DNA of 64,000 nucleotides from Terriglobia bacterium (GTDB lineage: Bacteria > Acidobacteriota > Terriglobia > Acidiferrales > UBA7541), in the NCBI GenBank assembly GCA_963695545.1, contig OY968796.1, forward strand, positions 256,001-320,000, given 5' to 3'. Position numbers and translations under genes: made by a program. Position 1 is the first letter of the stretch, and the number at the start of each line of letters is the position of its first letter. Shown here piece after piece: positions 32,128 through 42,044 of this stretch. The notes below the pieces were generated by a model. The model saw only the letters and a program-made list of their open reading frames with translations, searched no databases and was not told where the DNA came from.

Positions 32128-34305
32128 TCATGGGACGTTGACCACGGTGTTGACCATGGTCACGGAGGCCACGAGCGAGAGCGCGCGGCCATCGAGCGTG
32201 GTTATGTTTGCGCTGCCGACGGTTGAGAACACGACTCCCGCGGACGCGATGATGGTGCCGACCATGGTGCCGCCACCGCCGGGATTGATGGTGGCCTGAC
32301 TGCCGACCTGCCAATAGACGTTGGCGGCCTGCGCTCCGTTGATGAGGATAATGTTGCGCGGGAAACCGGGCGCGCCGACGGTGAGCGAGCTGGCCATCTG
32401 GAAAACCCAGACGGCGTTGGCATTGCCCTGGGCATCGAGAGTCAGGTCGGAACCAGTGAGCAAGAACGAGCCGCTGGCGGCCTGGTAGGTGCCGGGAGGG
32501 AGAGTGAGCCCGCCGAGCTGGCCCGCGCCGGGATCGCTGCCTCCGGGGCGCGAAGCGGGAGAAAGATTGATGTAGGCGGCGGTGGCGGCAGTGGCGGCAG
32601 CTGTGGCGATATTGAATGTTGTGGTGGTGCCTTCGGAGGGACACGCGCCCGTGGGGGGCGGCGGCGCGGTGTAGATCAGTCCGTTGACCGTGCCGATATT
32701 GCTGGGCGTTTCTATGTAAGTGCATCCGACACCAGCGTCGTGGAATCCAGTGACGGTGGTGGAAGCGGCGGTGGTTCCGAGATCTCCATTGATGACGGTG
32801 TTGATGCCGGTATTGGTGATGCCGGCTCCGCCGCCGAAGGCTCCAAACGTGGAAGCGACTCCGAGCGCAGGCCCTACCGGCGCGCCGGAAACGCCGGTGA
32901 AAAAGGACCAGGGATTCGGCGCGACTCCGGGAGCGAGTGGGTTGCCGCCCAGGTCGGTGGCGGCGGTTGAGATCGTGGCAGTGTATTCGGAATTGGGAGC
33001 GAGAGGGGCGGTGGGAGTGAAGGTCGCCATGTCGGCGGCGGCGTTGTAGGTGACGACACCGGGAACGGCGGCTCCGCCAACGCCGGCGACGGCGAGGGTG
33101 AATGTGCCGGTAGCGGTGATGGAGAGCGGATTCATGGCTTCACTGAAGGTGGCGCTGACCGTGGTGTTGACGGGAATGTTGGGCGCGACATTCGCGGGAT
33201 TGGTGAGCGTGATGGTTGGCGGCGTGGCGTCAGGGCCGGCGCCGGTTGAAAAACTCCACGGATTGGGGACGACGCCCGCGGCGAGTGGATTGCCGGCGAG
33301 ATCTTTGGCGGCGACGGTGATCGTGGCGGTGAAATGTGAGTTGGGCGCGAGGGGTGTGGTCGGGGTGAAGGTCGCCGTGGTGCCGGCGTAACCGACGGTG
33401 CCGGGGACGTTTGCGCCGCCACCGAAAACCGCGACGGTGAATGTTCCGGGGGCGGTGATGGTCGCGGGGTCCATGGCTTCGCTGAATGCGGCGGTGATGA
33501 TTTGATTTGTGGGAACCGCGGCTGCGCCAGAGACGGGAGCGGTGACGAGCACGGTCGGCGCCGTGGCGTCGACGGTCGTGCCGGTGGTGAAAGACCAGAT
33601 GCGATTGCTGGAGAGATTGTTGCCGTATGCGCTTTGGGCCCCGGTGTCAATCTCGGCGGTGTAGACGGTGTTGGGCAGCAAATTCGCGGTGGGAGCGAAG
33701 GTCGCGGAATTGGCTCCCGCGATGTAAGCGACGGTTCCGGGGACCATTGCTCCGCCGACGCCGGCGAGTTTGAGCGTGAATGTGCCCGGCGCGGTGATGG
33801 TCGCGGGATTCATGGACTCGCTGAAGGTGGCGAGGAGATGCAGGTTCAGGGGAACGTTGGTGGCGCCGGGGAGAGGAATCGTGGCGACGACGGTGGGGAT
33901 GGTGCTCGTGGTGAAGGTCCACGGATAGGCGGCGGCGAGCTTGCGGCCGTTAGGGTCCAGAGCGCCGAGAGTGATCATGGCGTTGTAGGGAGTGACCGGA
34001 GAGAGGGGGAGGGTCGGCGTGAAGGTCGCGGTGGTTTGGGAGAACGCGACGACGCCATTGACAGCGACTCCGCCCGGGCCGGTGAGCGTGAACGTGGAGG
34101 TATTGATGGTGGCGGGATCCATGGGCTCATTGAATGTTGCGCCAATGACCTGCGTGATCGGGACGTGCGTGGCGCCATTCAGGGGCGAGACGGCGACCAC
34201 CGCCGGCGGAGCGAAGCCGGGCGCTTGCTCGGCGCCGCATCCGGCCGCGAAAGCTGCCGTGAGAATCGCCAGAATCCAGATTCCTTGTGCGGATAGTTTG
34301 CGCAT
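32128..34305 (-). CDS. Lipoprotein with four Big_5-type Ig-like domains and a C-terminal DUF3494 ice-binding domain
   Basis: Lipobox AAGC; four repeats with FSE(A/S/P)M(N/D)P..I and W(S/T)FTT; LTLDAQGNANAVWVFQ, NVYWQVGSQAT, GRALS. Confidence 0.92.
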   Translation of the reverse strand: MRKLSAQGIWILAILTAAFAAGCGAEQAPGFAPPAVVAVSPLNGATHVPITQVIGATFNEPMDPATINTSTFTLTGPGGVAVNGVVAFSQTTATFTPTLPLSPVTPYNAMITLGALDPNGRKLAAAYPWTFTTSTIPTVVATIPLPGATNVPLNLHLLATFSESMNPATITAPGTFTLKLAGVGGAMVPGTVAYIAGANSATFAPTANLLPNTVYTAEIDTGAQSAYGNNLSSNRIWSFTTGTTVDATAPTVLVTAPVSGAAAVPTNQIITAAFSEAMDPATITAPGTFTVAVFGGGANVPGTVGYAGTTATFTPTTPLAPNSHFTATITVAAKDLAGNPLAAGVVPNPWSFSTGAGPDATPPTITLTNPANVAPNIPVNTTVSATFSEAMNPLSITATGTFTLAVAGVGGAAVPGVVTYNAAADMATFTPTAPLAPNSEYTATISTAATDLGGNPLAPGVAPNPWSFFTGVSGAPVGPALGVASTFGAFGGGAGITNTGINTVINGDLGTTAASTTVTGFHDAGVGCTYIETPSNIGTVNGLIYTAPPPPTGACPSEGTTTTFNIATAAATAATAAYINLSPASRPGGSDPGAGQLGGLTLPPGTYQAASGSFLLTGSDLTLDAQGNANAVWVFQMASSLTVGAPGFPRNIILINGAQAANVYWQVGSQATINPGGGGTMVGTIIASAGVVFSTVGSANITTLDGRALSLVASVTMVNTVVNVP

Positions 34306-34567
34306 TTGATTCTCCTATTCAAGCGGCGGAGCGGCGACATCCTGCGGCACGATCGACACCTCGCGAAGGCGGGCGGAACGAATCGGGCGGATTTTCGGCG
34401 GCGCGACAACGGTCGCCTCTACCACGCGGGCGCGAATGCCGGAAGGCTCACGAACAATCAGCGGCGAACGATTCGACTCGTGAGCGGAACTCGGCGCGCT
34501 GACGCGATTGCGCGCAACGCGAGGCGCGAATTTTCGTTTCACAGCTGCTCACGAGCGAGGGAATTCA

Positions 34568-34643
34568 TGCACGAGCGGTGCCAGAGCCAGTTCGGGATAT
34601 TGCTGCGGCGGGCGATACCTAACTTGTGGCTAAGTTCTTGATT
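34568..34643 (-). promoter_or_regulatory. Candidate sigma54 promoter with upstream IHF site for the ice-binding gene
   Basis: TGGCACCGCTCGTGCA (34583-34568, GG-N10-GC) and a WATCAANNNNTTR match AATCAAGAACTTA (34643-34631). Confidence 0.55.
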
Positions 34644-34776
34644 TCATGGGCACGGAAAAACCGAGTGGGGCGCGAGACTGCACACGCGTTGCGCGTTGCG
34701 ACGCGGTTCGATTCCAAATGGGGAGGACGCAAGGGCCATTTGGGGATGACATCGGCGGACGGACGGTGTGCGGACG

Positions 34777-35511
34777 CTAGTTGCTGCCCATGGTGAATTT
34801 TACGGTGATGGTTGTATCGACTTCGACGGGGACATTGTTGAGAAGCGTGGGTTGATAGCGCCACTGGCGGACGGCGTCGAGAGCGGCCTGGATCAGCAAG
34901 GGGTGACCGGAAATTACGGACAATTGTTCGACGCGGCCGTCTTTCGAGATGATGGCGTGGAGCACGACGTCGCCCTGGATGCGCGCTTGACGCGCGAGCG
35001 GCGGATACTCGGGCATGGGCTGGTTGATGAGCATGGCTGCCTGGACGGCACCGCCTTTGCGGATGCGTTGCGGGCGCGCGACGGGAGCGGGAGGCGCGGC
35101 TGGGGCGGTTTCGCTCATGAGGCCATCGGGCACGCCGGTGGGCGAGCCGTTGGGCACGCCGCCGGGGACGCCGGTTGCTGGGCTCGCTTCGATTTCGGGC
35201 GCGGCTGGTTCGGCGGTCATGTCTACGTGAGACGGAATCGATTGCGGAGCTGTGAAGATAGCTTCACGGAATCGCGTGGGCTGGCGCGGAGTTCTGGTCT
35301 GCGGCGCGGTGGGCGGCGCGGAGGCAGGCGGAGGAGTGGGGGCCATCATGATCATTTTCAACATGGCCTTGGGAAGCGCTTGAGTGTGGACGAGAGGAAT
35401 CAGGATCAGGACGCCGACGAGAAAAATCTGCACGAACACGGATACAGTGACGGTCCAGGGCTTGCGGGTGATGTCTTTGGCTACGCTTGATTCGACTAGA
35501 TCGTTAAACAT
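34777..35511 (-). CDS. tonB: Energy transducer TonB-family protein
   Basis: N-terminal TM, Pro-rich linker, PEYPPLARQARIQGDV...AALDAVRQWRYQP. Confidence 0.9.
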   Translation of the reverse strand: MFNDLVESSVAKDITRKPWTVTVSVFVQIFLVGVLILIPLVHTQALPKAMLKMIMMAPTPPPASAPPTAPQTRTPRQPTRFREAIFTAPQSIPSHVDMTAEPAAPEIEASPATGVPGGVPNGSPTGVPDGLMSETAPAAPPAPVARPQRIRKGGAVQAAMLINQPMPEYPPLARQARIQGDVVLHAIISKDGRVEQLSVISGHPLLIQAALDAVRQWRYQPTLLNNVPVEVDTTITVKFTMGSN

Positions 35512-35893
35512 GTCGTGGCTCCTTTTTTTTGCAATGCGCTCCGCGCAGTCCGGTTTGCAACGCGCCGTGCGGATCGGCGAATGAACGCGCTCCGCGCTCA
35601 CACGAATCTGGAGGGCTCTAATTAGAGCCCGCGCTGGCTGAAGCGACGGGTGTGTGCGGGCCGCTTGAAGCAATGCGCTCCGCGCAGCCCGGAGAAAAGA
35701 AACGATCGCACGCGCGCTTGAATTGTTAGACACCGCTTCGAGCTTGCGGTTCCCGCGGCTCAAGAACAATTGCCGGTTTTTTTCGGTCCGCGATTAACGC
35801 TTTTGCAATCTATTCCGCGGAGGACAATACCCACCCGGCGACGCTGCGGCGCTCGCGAATTGAGGGCTCGCTTGGGCAAGCCTAGACTGGTTC

Positions 35894-37285
35894 ATGAACA
35901 TGGAATCTCCGTCGGCCACGGTTACCCGCAGCGTTACGAACGATACTCCCGGACTGCGTCTCTCGGACCTGATCTCCGCACTGTCATTCGCGCTGGACTT
36001 GACCGAAGGGCAGCCAATGGGCCATGCGGTGAATTGCTGCGTGATCGGGATGCGCCTGGCGGAAATTCTGGGCGTCGCGCGGGAGGAGCGGTCCAATCTG
36101 TATTACGCGCTGCTGCTGAAGGACGCGGGGTGCAGCAACAACGCCGCGCGCATGTACCAGATATTCGGCGGCGACGACATCAAGGCCAAGCGCGAGGTGA
36201 AAACTACGGACTGGAGCCGGATGACGTTCGACGGCTTGCAATATTTGCTGCGCAACGTGATGCCGGGAAAATCGACGCTCGAGCGCGTGCTCTCGATGGC
36301 CAACGTGGTGGTGAATCGTAACTCGCAAACGAGCGAATTGATCGAATTGCGATGCGAGCGCGGCGCGTCGATCGCGCGACGCATTGGGTTTTCCGAAGAC
36401 ACGGCGCGGGCCATCCAGGCGCTGGACGAGCACTGGGACGGCAAAGGTTTTCCGAACCGGCTGAAGGGCGAAGCGATTCCGTTGTTCGCGAGAATCTTGA
36501 GCGTGGCGCAGACCCTCGAAGTGTTCGCCACGCTGAACGGGCCGGAGGAAGCGCTGCGGACGATCGAAGATCGGAGCGGAACGTGGTTCGATCCGGAAGT
36601 GGCGCGCGCGGCAAAGGAACTGCGCGCGGACGACAAGCTGTGGGCGGCGCTCATGGACGGAAGCGCGCGCGATATCGCGATGGGCCTCGAGCCGGAAGAG
36701 CGCGTGATGCACGCTTCGGAAGCGTCGATCGACAGCATCTGCAATGCGTTCGCCGAGATCATCGACGCGAAATCGCCGTACACGCACCGGCACTCGCTGG
36801 GCGTGGAGGCGGCGACCACAGCGATTGGGATGCAGCTGGGCCTGCCGGAGAAGGACATGCCCGTCCTGCGGCGCGCCGCGCTGCTGCACGACATCGGGAA
36901 GCTGAGCGTGCCGAACTCGATTCTGGACAAGCCCGGCAAACTGACGGCGCAGGAATGGGAAACGGTTCGGCTGCATCCATACTACACGCAGCGGATTCTG
37001 GAGCGGATCTCGGGATTCGCGCACCTGGCGTTTTTGGCCAGCTCGCATCACGAAAAGCTGAACGGCTCCGGCTACTACCGCAATCTGCGAGGGCCGCAAC
37101 TGCCGATGTCGTCACGCGCGATGGTTGTGGCGGATATCTACGACGCGCTGGCGGCGAAACGGCCGTATCGCGACGCACTTCCGACCGAGACGGTGTTGGA
37201 GATCATGGGCAAGGAAGTTCCGCACGCGCTGGACCCCGATTGTTTCAACGCTCTCCAAGTGTGGCTGCAGAAAAAACAGGCATAG
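35894..37285 (+). CDS. Tandem HD-GYP domain phosphohydrolase
   Basis: First domain LLKDAG / EHWDGKGFP (degenerate); second LLHDIGK, HHEKLNGSGYY, RPYR. Confidence 0.9.
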   Translation: MNMESPSATVTRSVTNDTPGLRLSDLISALSFALDLTEGQPMGHAVNCCVIGMRLAEILGVAREERSNLYYALLLKDAGCSNNAARMYQIFGGDDIKAKREVKTTDWSRMTFDGLQYLLRNVMPGKSTLERVLSMANVVVNRNSQTSELIELRCERGASIARRIGFSEDTARAIQALDEHWDGKGFPNRLKGEAIPLFARILSVAQTLEVFATLNGPEEALRTIEDRSGTWFDPEVARAAKELRADDKLWAALMDGSARDIAMGLEPEERVMHASEASIDSICNAFAEIIDAKSPYTHRHSLGVEAATTAIGMQLGLPEKDMPVLRRAALLHDIGKLSVPNSILDKPGKLTAQEWETVRLHPYYTQRILERISGFAHLAFLASSHHEKLNGSGYYRNLRGPQLPMSSRAMVVADIYDALAAKRPYRDALPTETVLEIMGKEVPHALDPDCFNALQVWLQKKQA

Positions 37286-37397
37286 GCCCGGGCGCAGGAA
37301 GCGCGCGTGGCGCGGGGAATACTCGGGCAGCGAACGCGCCGCTCGTGATGGTAGAATCCGACGACTCCAGGTACACCGGATCAGGAGCGCGTTCCGA

Positions 37398-38918
37398 ATG
37401 GCGCACGACGTATTCATCAGCCACTCCGCAAAAAACAAGACGATCGCCGACGCGGTGTGCGCCATGCTGGAGGCGAATGGCATTCGCTGCTGGATTGCGC
37501 CGCGGGACGTCACGCCCGGGATGGAATGGGGCGAGTGCATCATTGAGGCCATCGAGCAGACGCGCGTCATGGTGCTCATCTTTACGGCCGACGCGAATTC
37601 CTCGCCGCAGATTCGCCGAGAAGTGGAGCGGGCGGCCAATCGGGGCGTGGCGATCCTGCCGCTGCGGGTCGAAGACGTCGCGCCGGGCAAGGCGCTCGAA
37701 TACTTCATCGGCAATGTTCACTGGCTCGATGCGCTGACGCCGCCGCTTGAAGATCACCTTAAGGGCCTCGCGGAAACGATTGAAACATTGCTGGCGCGAA
37801 TGGCGCCGCGCGATGGGGCGCCGGCGCGGACAGTTCCGGCCGCGGCAGCGAAGCCGAAAGAGCGTCCCATCCCCGTCACTTCGCCGGAAGCGAAAAAAAG
37901 CGGAGCGCGGCCCGCGTGGTTAGTTCCCGTGCTGGGCGGCGTGGCTGGTGTGATTGTGTTGGGCGCGGCGTGGTTTTACTTCGGAAACAAGCATAGCGCG
38001 CAGACGCCGGCGCCGGCGTCCGGAGCGAATCCGGGTGCGAGCGCCGGCGGCGTCGCGGGCGGGATTCTGGAATCCGACGATGGCGAGCGTTGGAAGGCGC
38101 AAAACACGGGCACCCAGGATGTTCTGGAAGCGATCTTCGCGTCGGCCGACGGCACGCGGCTGTGGGCCGTGGCGAAAAACGGCGCGATCGTGGAATCGGA
38201 CGGCGGGAAAAGCTGGGTAGAGCGGCCCAGCGGCACGCCGAACAATTTGTACGCGATTTTCGGATCGAGCGATGGCCGGCGGTTGTGGGCGGTGGGAAAT
38301 CTGGGCACCATCGTGGAGTCGGACGACGGTGAACACTGGAATCGGCTCGACAGCGGAACGCCGTACACGCTGCTGGGCGTGTTCGGCACGAGCGACGGCA
38401 AGCGGCTGTGGGCGGTCGGCGACTACGGCACGATTCTGGAATCGAGCGACGGCGAGCATTGGGTGGCGCGCAACAGCGGCACGCCGAACAATCTGCACTC
38501 GATTTTCGGAACGCCGGACGGAAAGCAAATGTGGGTGGCCGGCGACAAAGGCACGATTCTCGAATCAACTGATGGCGAACACTGGAGCCATTTGAACGGC
38601 GGCACGACGAACACACTTTATTCGATTTTCGGAACCAGCGACGGAAAGCGGCTGTGGGCCGTCGGCGATAGCGGCACGGTGGTGGAATCGGACGACGGTG
38701 AAAACTGGTCGGCGTATAGCAGCGGCACTCCGAACATTCTTCAATCGATCTTCGCGACGGCGGACGGCAGACGAGTGTGGGTGGTCGGGCGGAATGCGAC
38801 GCTGCTCGAATCAGACGACGGCAAGCACTGGAACAGCCTCAATAGCGGCACTTCGATGAGTCTATTTTCGATCGTTGGGACGCCGGACGGCAAACACCTC
38901 TGGAGCGTCGGGCACTAG
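37398..38918 (+). CDS. TIR domain - transmembrane helix - seven-repeat beta-propeller protein
   Basis: DVFISHS, CWIAPRDV, REVERA TIR_2 motifs; TM WLVPVLGGVAGVIVLGAAWFYFG; seven ~41-aa Asp-box (S.DG..W) repeats; RBS AGGAG. Confidence 0.88.
   Translation: MAHDVFISHSAKNKTIADAVCAMLEANGIRCWIAPRDVTPGMEWGECIIEAIEQTRVMVLIFTADANSSPQIRREVERAANRGVAILPLRVEDVAPGKALEYFIGNVHWLDALTPPLEDHLKGLAETIETLLARMAPRDGAPARTVPAAAAKPKERPIPVTSPEAKKSGARPAWLVPVLGGVAGVIVLGAAWFYFGNKHSAQTPAPASGANPGASAGGVAGGILESDDGERWKAQNTGTQDVLEAIFASADGTRLWAVAKNGAIVESDGGKSWVERPSGTPNNLYAIFGSSDGRRLWAVGNLGTIVESDDGEHWNRLDSGTPYTLLGVFGTSDGKRLWAVGDYGTILESSDGEHWVARNSGTPNNLHSIFGTPDGKQMWVAGDKGTILESTDGEHWSHLNGGTTNTLYSIFGTSDGKRLWAVGDSGTVVESDDGENWSAYSSGTPNILQSIFATADGRRVWVVGRNATLLESDDGKHWNSLNSGTSMSLFSIVGTPDGKHLWSVGH
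38061..38915 (+). repeat. Seven intragenic ~123-bp tandem repeats (propeller blades)
   Basis: Consensus GTILESDDGEHW...SGT.N.L.SIFGT.DGKRLWAVG. Confidence 0.9.
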
Positions 38919-38982
38919 ATCACAAACCCTGCGCCGTGCGCCGGCGAACGCTGGCATGTGCGCGGCGAGGGAGTCGAGCACA

Positions 38983-39171
38983 CTAGGCGCTTTTTTTCTT
39001 GGGGACCTTCGCGCCTCGTTTGCGGGCTTCGGACAGGCCGATGGCGATGGCTTGCTTCCGACTTTTCACGACGCCGCCCTTGCCACCCTTACCAGAGCGA
39101 AGTTTACCGGCTTCCTCGAGACGCACCGCGCGCTCGACGCTCTTGCCCGCGGACTTTCCGTATTTCGCCAT
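38983..39171 (-). CDS. Small basic protein, DUF6496-like
   Basis: GKLRSG...VKSRKQAIAIGLSEARKRGAKVP; RBS AGGGG. Confidence 0.85.
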   Translation of the reverse strand: MAKYGKSAGKSVERAVRLEEAGKLRSGKGGKGGVVKSRKQAIAIGLSEARKRGAKVPKKKSA

Positions 39172-39218
39172 GTCGTTCCCCCTTCGTGAGTTCGAAAGAT
39201 GATGATGAAGCGTCTCGG

Positions 39219-39464
39219 CTAAGCCTTCTTGATCAATCGAAGCAACCACAGCAGGATGATCGCGCCGAACACCGCGATTACCAGGCGGCCGATCAATCCG
39301 TAGGCGCCGATTCCGATCAATCCGAATGCGAAGCTGCCGAGCAGCGAGCCGATTACGCCCACTATCAAATCGCCAAGAAGACCGAAGCCGCTTCCCTTCC
39401 AAAGCTGGCCCGCAATCCATCCCGCCAAAATTCCGATGACGATGACCCACACCAGATAGAACAT
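39219..39464 (-). CDS. GlsB/YeaQ/YmgE (transglycosylase-associated) stress membrane protein
   Basis: IGILAGWIAG...GFGLLGDLIVGVIGS...GAIILLWLLRLIK. Confidence 0.92.
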   Translation of the reverse strand: MFYLVWVIVIGILAGWIAGQLWKGSGFGLLGDLIVGVIGSLLGSFAFGLIGIGAYGLIGRLVIAVFGAIILLWLLRLIKKA

Positions 39465-39655
39465 CGCGACACCTCGCGTTCAGATCGCTTCGCGGACGGG
39501 GCCACTCGGCGAGCGGCCTGTCGTCCGGAAGCCGGCGACATACTACTATCGGATGCGATCGCGCTGGAAAAGAAACGGCCAGTCTTAATGCCGCGGAAAT
39601 TCGGCGGGGATATTTCTCGAGCCCGGTTGGCGGGCCCGTTCAGAGGCCGCGTTTC

Positions 39656-40573
39656 TCACGCGGCTGGAAAAATAATACGCATCGCGACGCCATTTTTGCC
39701 ACTTCCCAGAGCGTCGATTCTTACCACGGAGCCGCGTTCCTCGTGATTCGTGGAATCATGCGCGCCAGGATTGCGATTGAAGCGAGCCTCCATGCCGGAA
39801 TAGTAGTGGGTGGCACGAGTTTCAAAGTAGAGACCGTACCGGGAAACGTTGATGCTCGTGCACGTTTCTTCCGGCAGGGCGGGATCGAGGGGGCAAACGC
39901 GAATGGTCTCCGAAATATCGACGCGCGGAGAACTCCGTATAACGACCTCCATTCGCGGAATGGCGCGTGAGTAAGCCAGCGCGCTTACCAGAAACAGACA
40001 AAAAGTGAGCACATAAAGACCGGGCCCCGGACTCAAGAGAAACGAATGGGCCATCAGAATGCGCATGGCCACGAAGGGATTCTCGCGCGTGCCCATCGGC
40101 TCGCTTGCGATCAATTCAGCAGTCCAGTGGCGCAGGCCGGAATTCATGACCACCAGATGCACAATGGCGAACAAGCCTAAACAGCCCCCAATGAAAGCGA
40201 GCGCCCAGGTTGATTTGCGCAAAAAAAGCAGATCCAACAGCGTCAAGGCGGCGTAAGCGAAGGCGGCGAAGATGGCGAGAGGCACAATCCACGTGTTTCG
40301 TATACTGATCGGGACGTGGAGTGGCTTCGATATTGAGGGACTTTCGTCGGCGGAGACGGAGGGAACCTCGCGATTCTGAGATAACCCCGATGAGGCGGAT
40401 TCGAGACTGGATCTCAACAGAGCCAACCGGGCGCCGACACGGAGGCCGTTGGCAGACTCATCGCCTGCAAATGCCCCGTGCAGAATCACGAGCGGCGAAA
40501 AGAACATGAGCAGGGCTACACAGAGTGCCAGACCGATCACGATACGTTCTCGTTGGTCCTTTGAAGTGGTCAT
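39656..40573 (-). CDS. Multi-TM membrane protein with C-terminal PilZ-like domain
   Basis: Four hydrophobic segments followed by RSSPR (RxxxR) and NVSRYG (D/NxSxxG). Confidence 0.7.
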   Translation of the reverse strand: MTTSKDQRERIVIGLALCVALLMFFSPLVILHGAFAGDESANGLRVGARLALLRSSLESASSGLSQNREVPSVSADESPSISKPLHVPISIRNTWIVPLAIFAAFAYAALTLLDLLFLRKSTWALAFIGGCLGLFAIVHLVVMNSGLRHWTAELIASEPMGTRENPFVAMRILMAHSFLLSPGPGLYVLTFCLFLVSALAYSRAIPRMEVVIRSSPRVDISETIRVCPLDPALPEETCTSINVSRYGLYFETRATHYYSGMEARFNRNPGAHDSTNHEERGSVVRIDALGSGKNGVAMRIIFPAA

Positions 40574-40768
40574 CGATCCTCTTTTTTAGCTCGGGACTGC
40601 TTTCGCGAACCGTCGAAAGAGGGGGAACGTTCGGGGCTGTATGGAATTATCGCCTAGAACCACTTCTGCCCGCCCGCTATAACCAAGACGCTGTGGCCAT
40701 CGAGTAACCGTCAAAGCAATCGGCGGCACACAAACCTGGAAAAGCGACACGAGGCGGAGCGGAAAAGT

Positions 40769-40845
40769 TGGAGGCGCGGGTGGGATTTGAACCCACGCGT
40801 GGAGGTTTTGCAGACCTCTCCCTTAGACCTCTTGGGTACCGCGCC
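40769..40845 (-). tRNA. tRNA-Cys (anticodon GCA)
   Basis: GGCGCGG/CCGCGCC acceptor stem, GAGGT-CTGCAAA-ACCTC anticodon arm, GGTTCAAATCC, U discriminator + CCA. Confidence 0.97.
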
Positions 40846-40902
40846 CTGGGATTGTCAGTATATCGAAAATCGGCGGCGCTTGCCTCGGAGGGCGTGCCTG
40901 CG

Positions 40903-41928
40903 TTACGCCGGATCGGTCTTCGGAACGGGAACTTGAGCCTCGCGCAGGAAGCGAGCGGATTCTTCGGGCGGCGTGGGGCATATGTAGAAGCCCGAGCCCC
41001 ATTCAAAACCGGCGACTTTGGTGAGCAACGGAATAATCTCGATGTGCCAGTGATAATGGTCGTTGGTTTCTTCGCCGACGGGAGAAGTGTGAATCATGAA
41101 ATTGTAGGGCGGGCGATCGAGCACTGCATCCAGGCGCGCAAGACAATCCTTGAGCATCAGCGCGAGGCTGGCGAACACGGAGCTTTGATTATTTTCAAAC
41201 GAAGAAGCGTGCGCTTTCGGGAGCAGCCACATCTCGAAAGGAAATCGCGGCGCGTAGGGCGCGAGCGCGATGAACAGATCGCTTTCAGCGATCACGCGCG
41301 TTTTCGATTCGCGCTCCTGGCGGATCATGTCGCAGAAAATGCAGCGCTCTTTGTCCTGGAAGTAGTGGCGCGCGGAATCCACTTCTTCGCGGACGCGCTT
41401 GGGGACGATGGGCAGCGCGATCAATTGCGAATGCGGGTGTTCGAGCGACGCGCCGGCGGCCTCGCCGTGATTCTTGAAGATCAGGACGTAGCGGAAGCGC
41501 TTGTCGTTCTTGAGATCGAGCATGCGGTCGCGGAACGCGAAGAGCACGTCTTCGACGGCGCGCGCGGGAAGCGTGGCGAGCGTGCTGGCGTGCTCGGGCG
41601 TTTCGATGATCACTTCGTGGGCGCCGACGCCGTTCATGCGGTCGTACAAGCCTTCGCCCTGGCGGTCGAGTTCGCCTTCGATGCCGAGCGCCGGAAATTT
41701 ATTCGATACGACGCGCACGCGCCAACCGGGCGAGTTTGGCTGGCCGCCCTCGCGGCCGTATTGCAGAAGTTCCGGCGGCGTCTTTTGCTCGTTGCCACTG
41801 CAGAAAGCACAAAACCCGATCCCTTTGACTTGCACACTCTGGCGCGCGAAATCGCTCGGCCGCTTGGCGCGGTCGGTCGAGATGATGACCCAACGTCCGG
41901 TGATGAGATCCCTGCGAAGCTCCGGCAA
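40903..41928 (-). CDS. galT: Galactose-1-phosphate uridylyltransferase
   Basis: ELRRDLITGRWVII, NKFPAL, GASLEHPHSQ; TTG start after GGAGG. Confidence 0.93.
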   Translation of the reverse strand: MPELRRDLITGRWVIISTDRAKRPSDFARQSVQVKGIGFCAFCSGNEQKTPPELLQYGREGGQPNSPGWRVRVVSNKFPALGIEGELDRQGEGLYDRMNGVGAHEVIIETPEHASTLATLPARAVEDVLFAFRDRMLDLKNDKRFRYVLIFKNHGEAAGASLEHPHSQLIALPIVPKRVREEVDSARHYFQDKERCIFCDMIRQERESKTRVIAESDLFIALAPYAPRFPFEMWLLPKAHASSFENNQSSVFASLALMLKDCLARLDAVLDRPPYNFMIHTSPVGEETNDHYHWHIEIIPLLTKVAGFEWGSGFYICPTPPEESARFLREAQVPVPKTDPA

Positions 41929-42044
41929 CGAATCCTCCTACACGGGGATGTGCGTGCAGCAACGAATGAAACATATTAGTACGGACTCGTGGCAGGGCAA
42001 ACGGATAGATGACGATCAAGTTTCCTATTGCTGACTACACGTTG

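Noticed and set aside
38061..38915. 123-bp repeats as CRISPR or a diversity-generating retroelement template
   Set aside because: In-frame protein repeats; differences are not adenine-specific and there is no reverse transcriptase in the window
37398..38918. Thoeris or CBASS defence operon
   Set aside because: No ThsA-like effector or cyclase is adjacent; kept only as a receptor-like TIR protein
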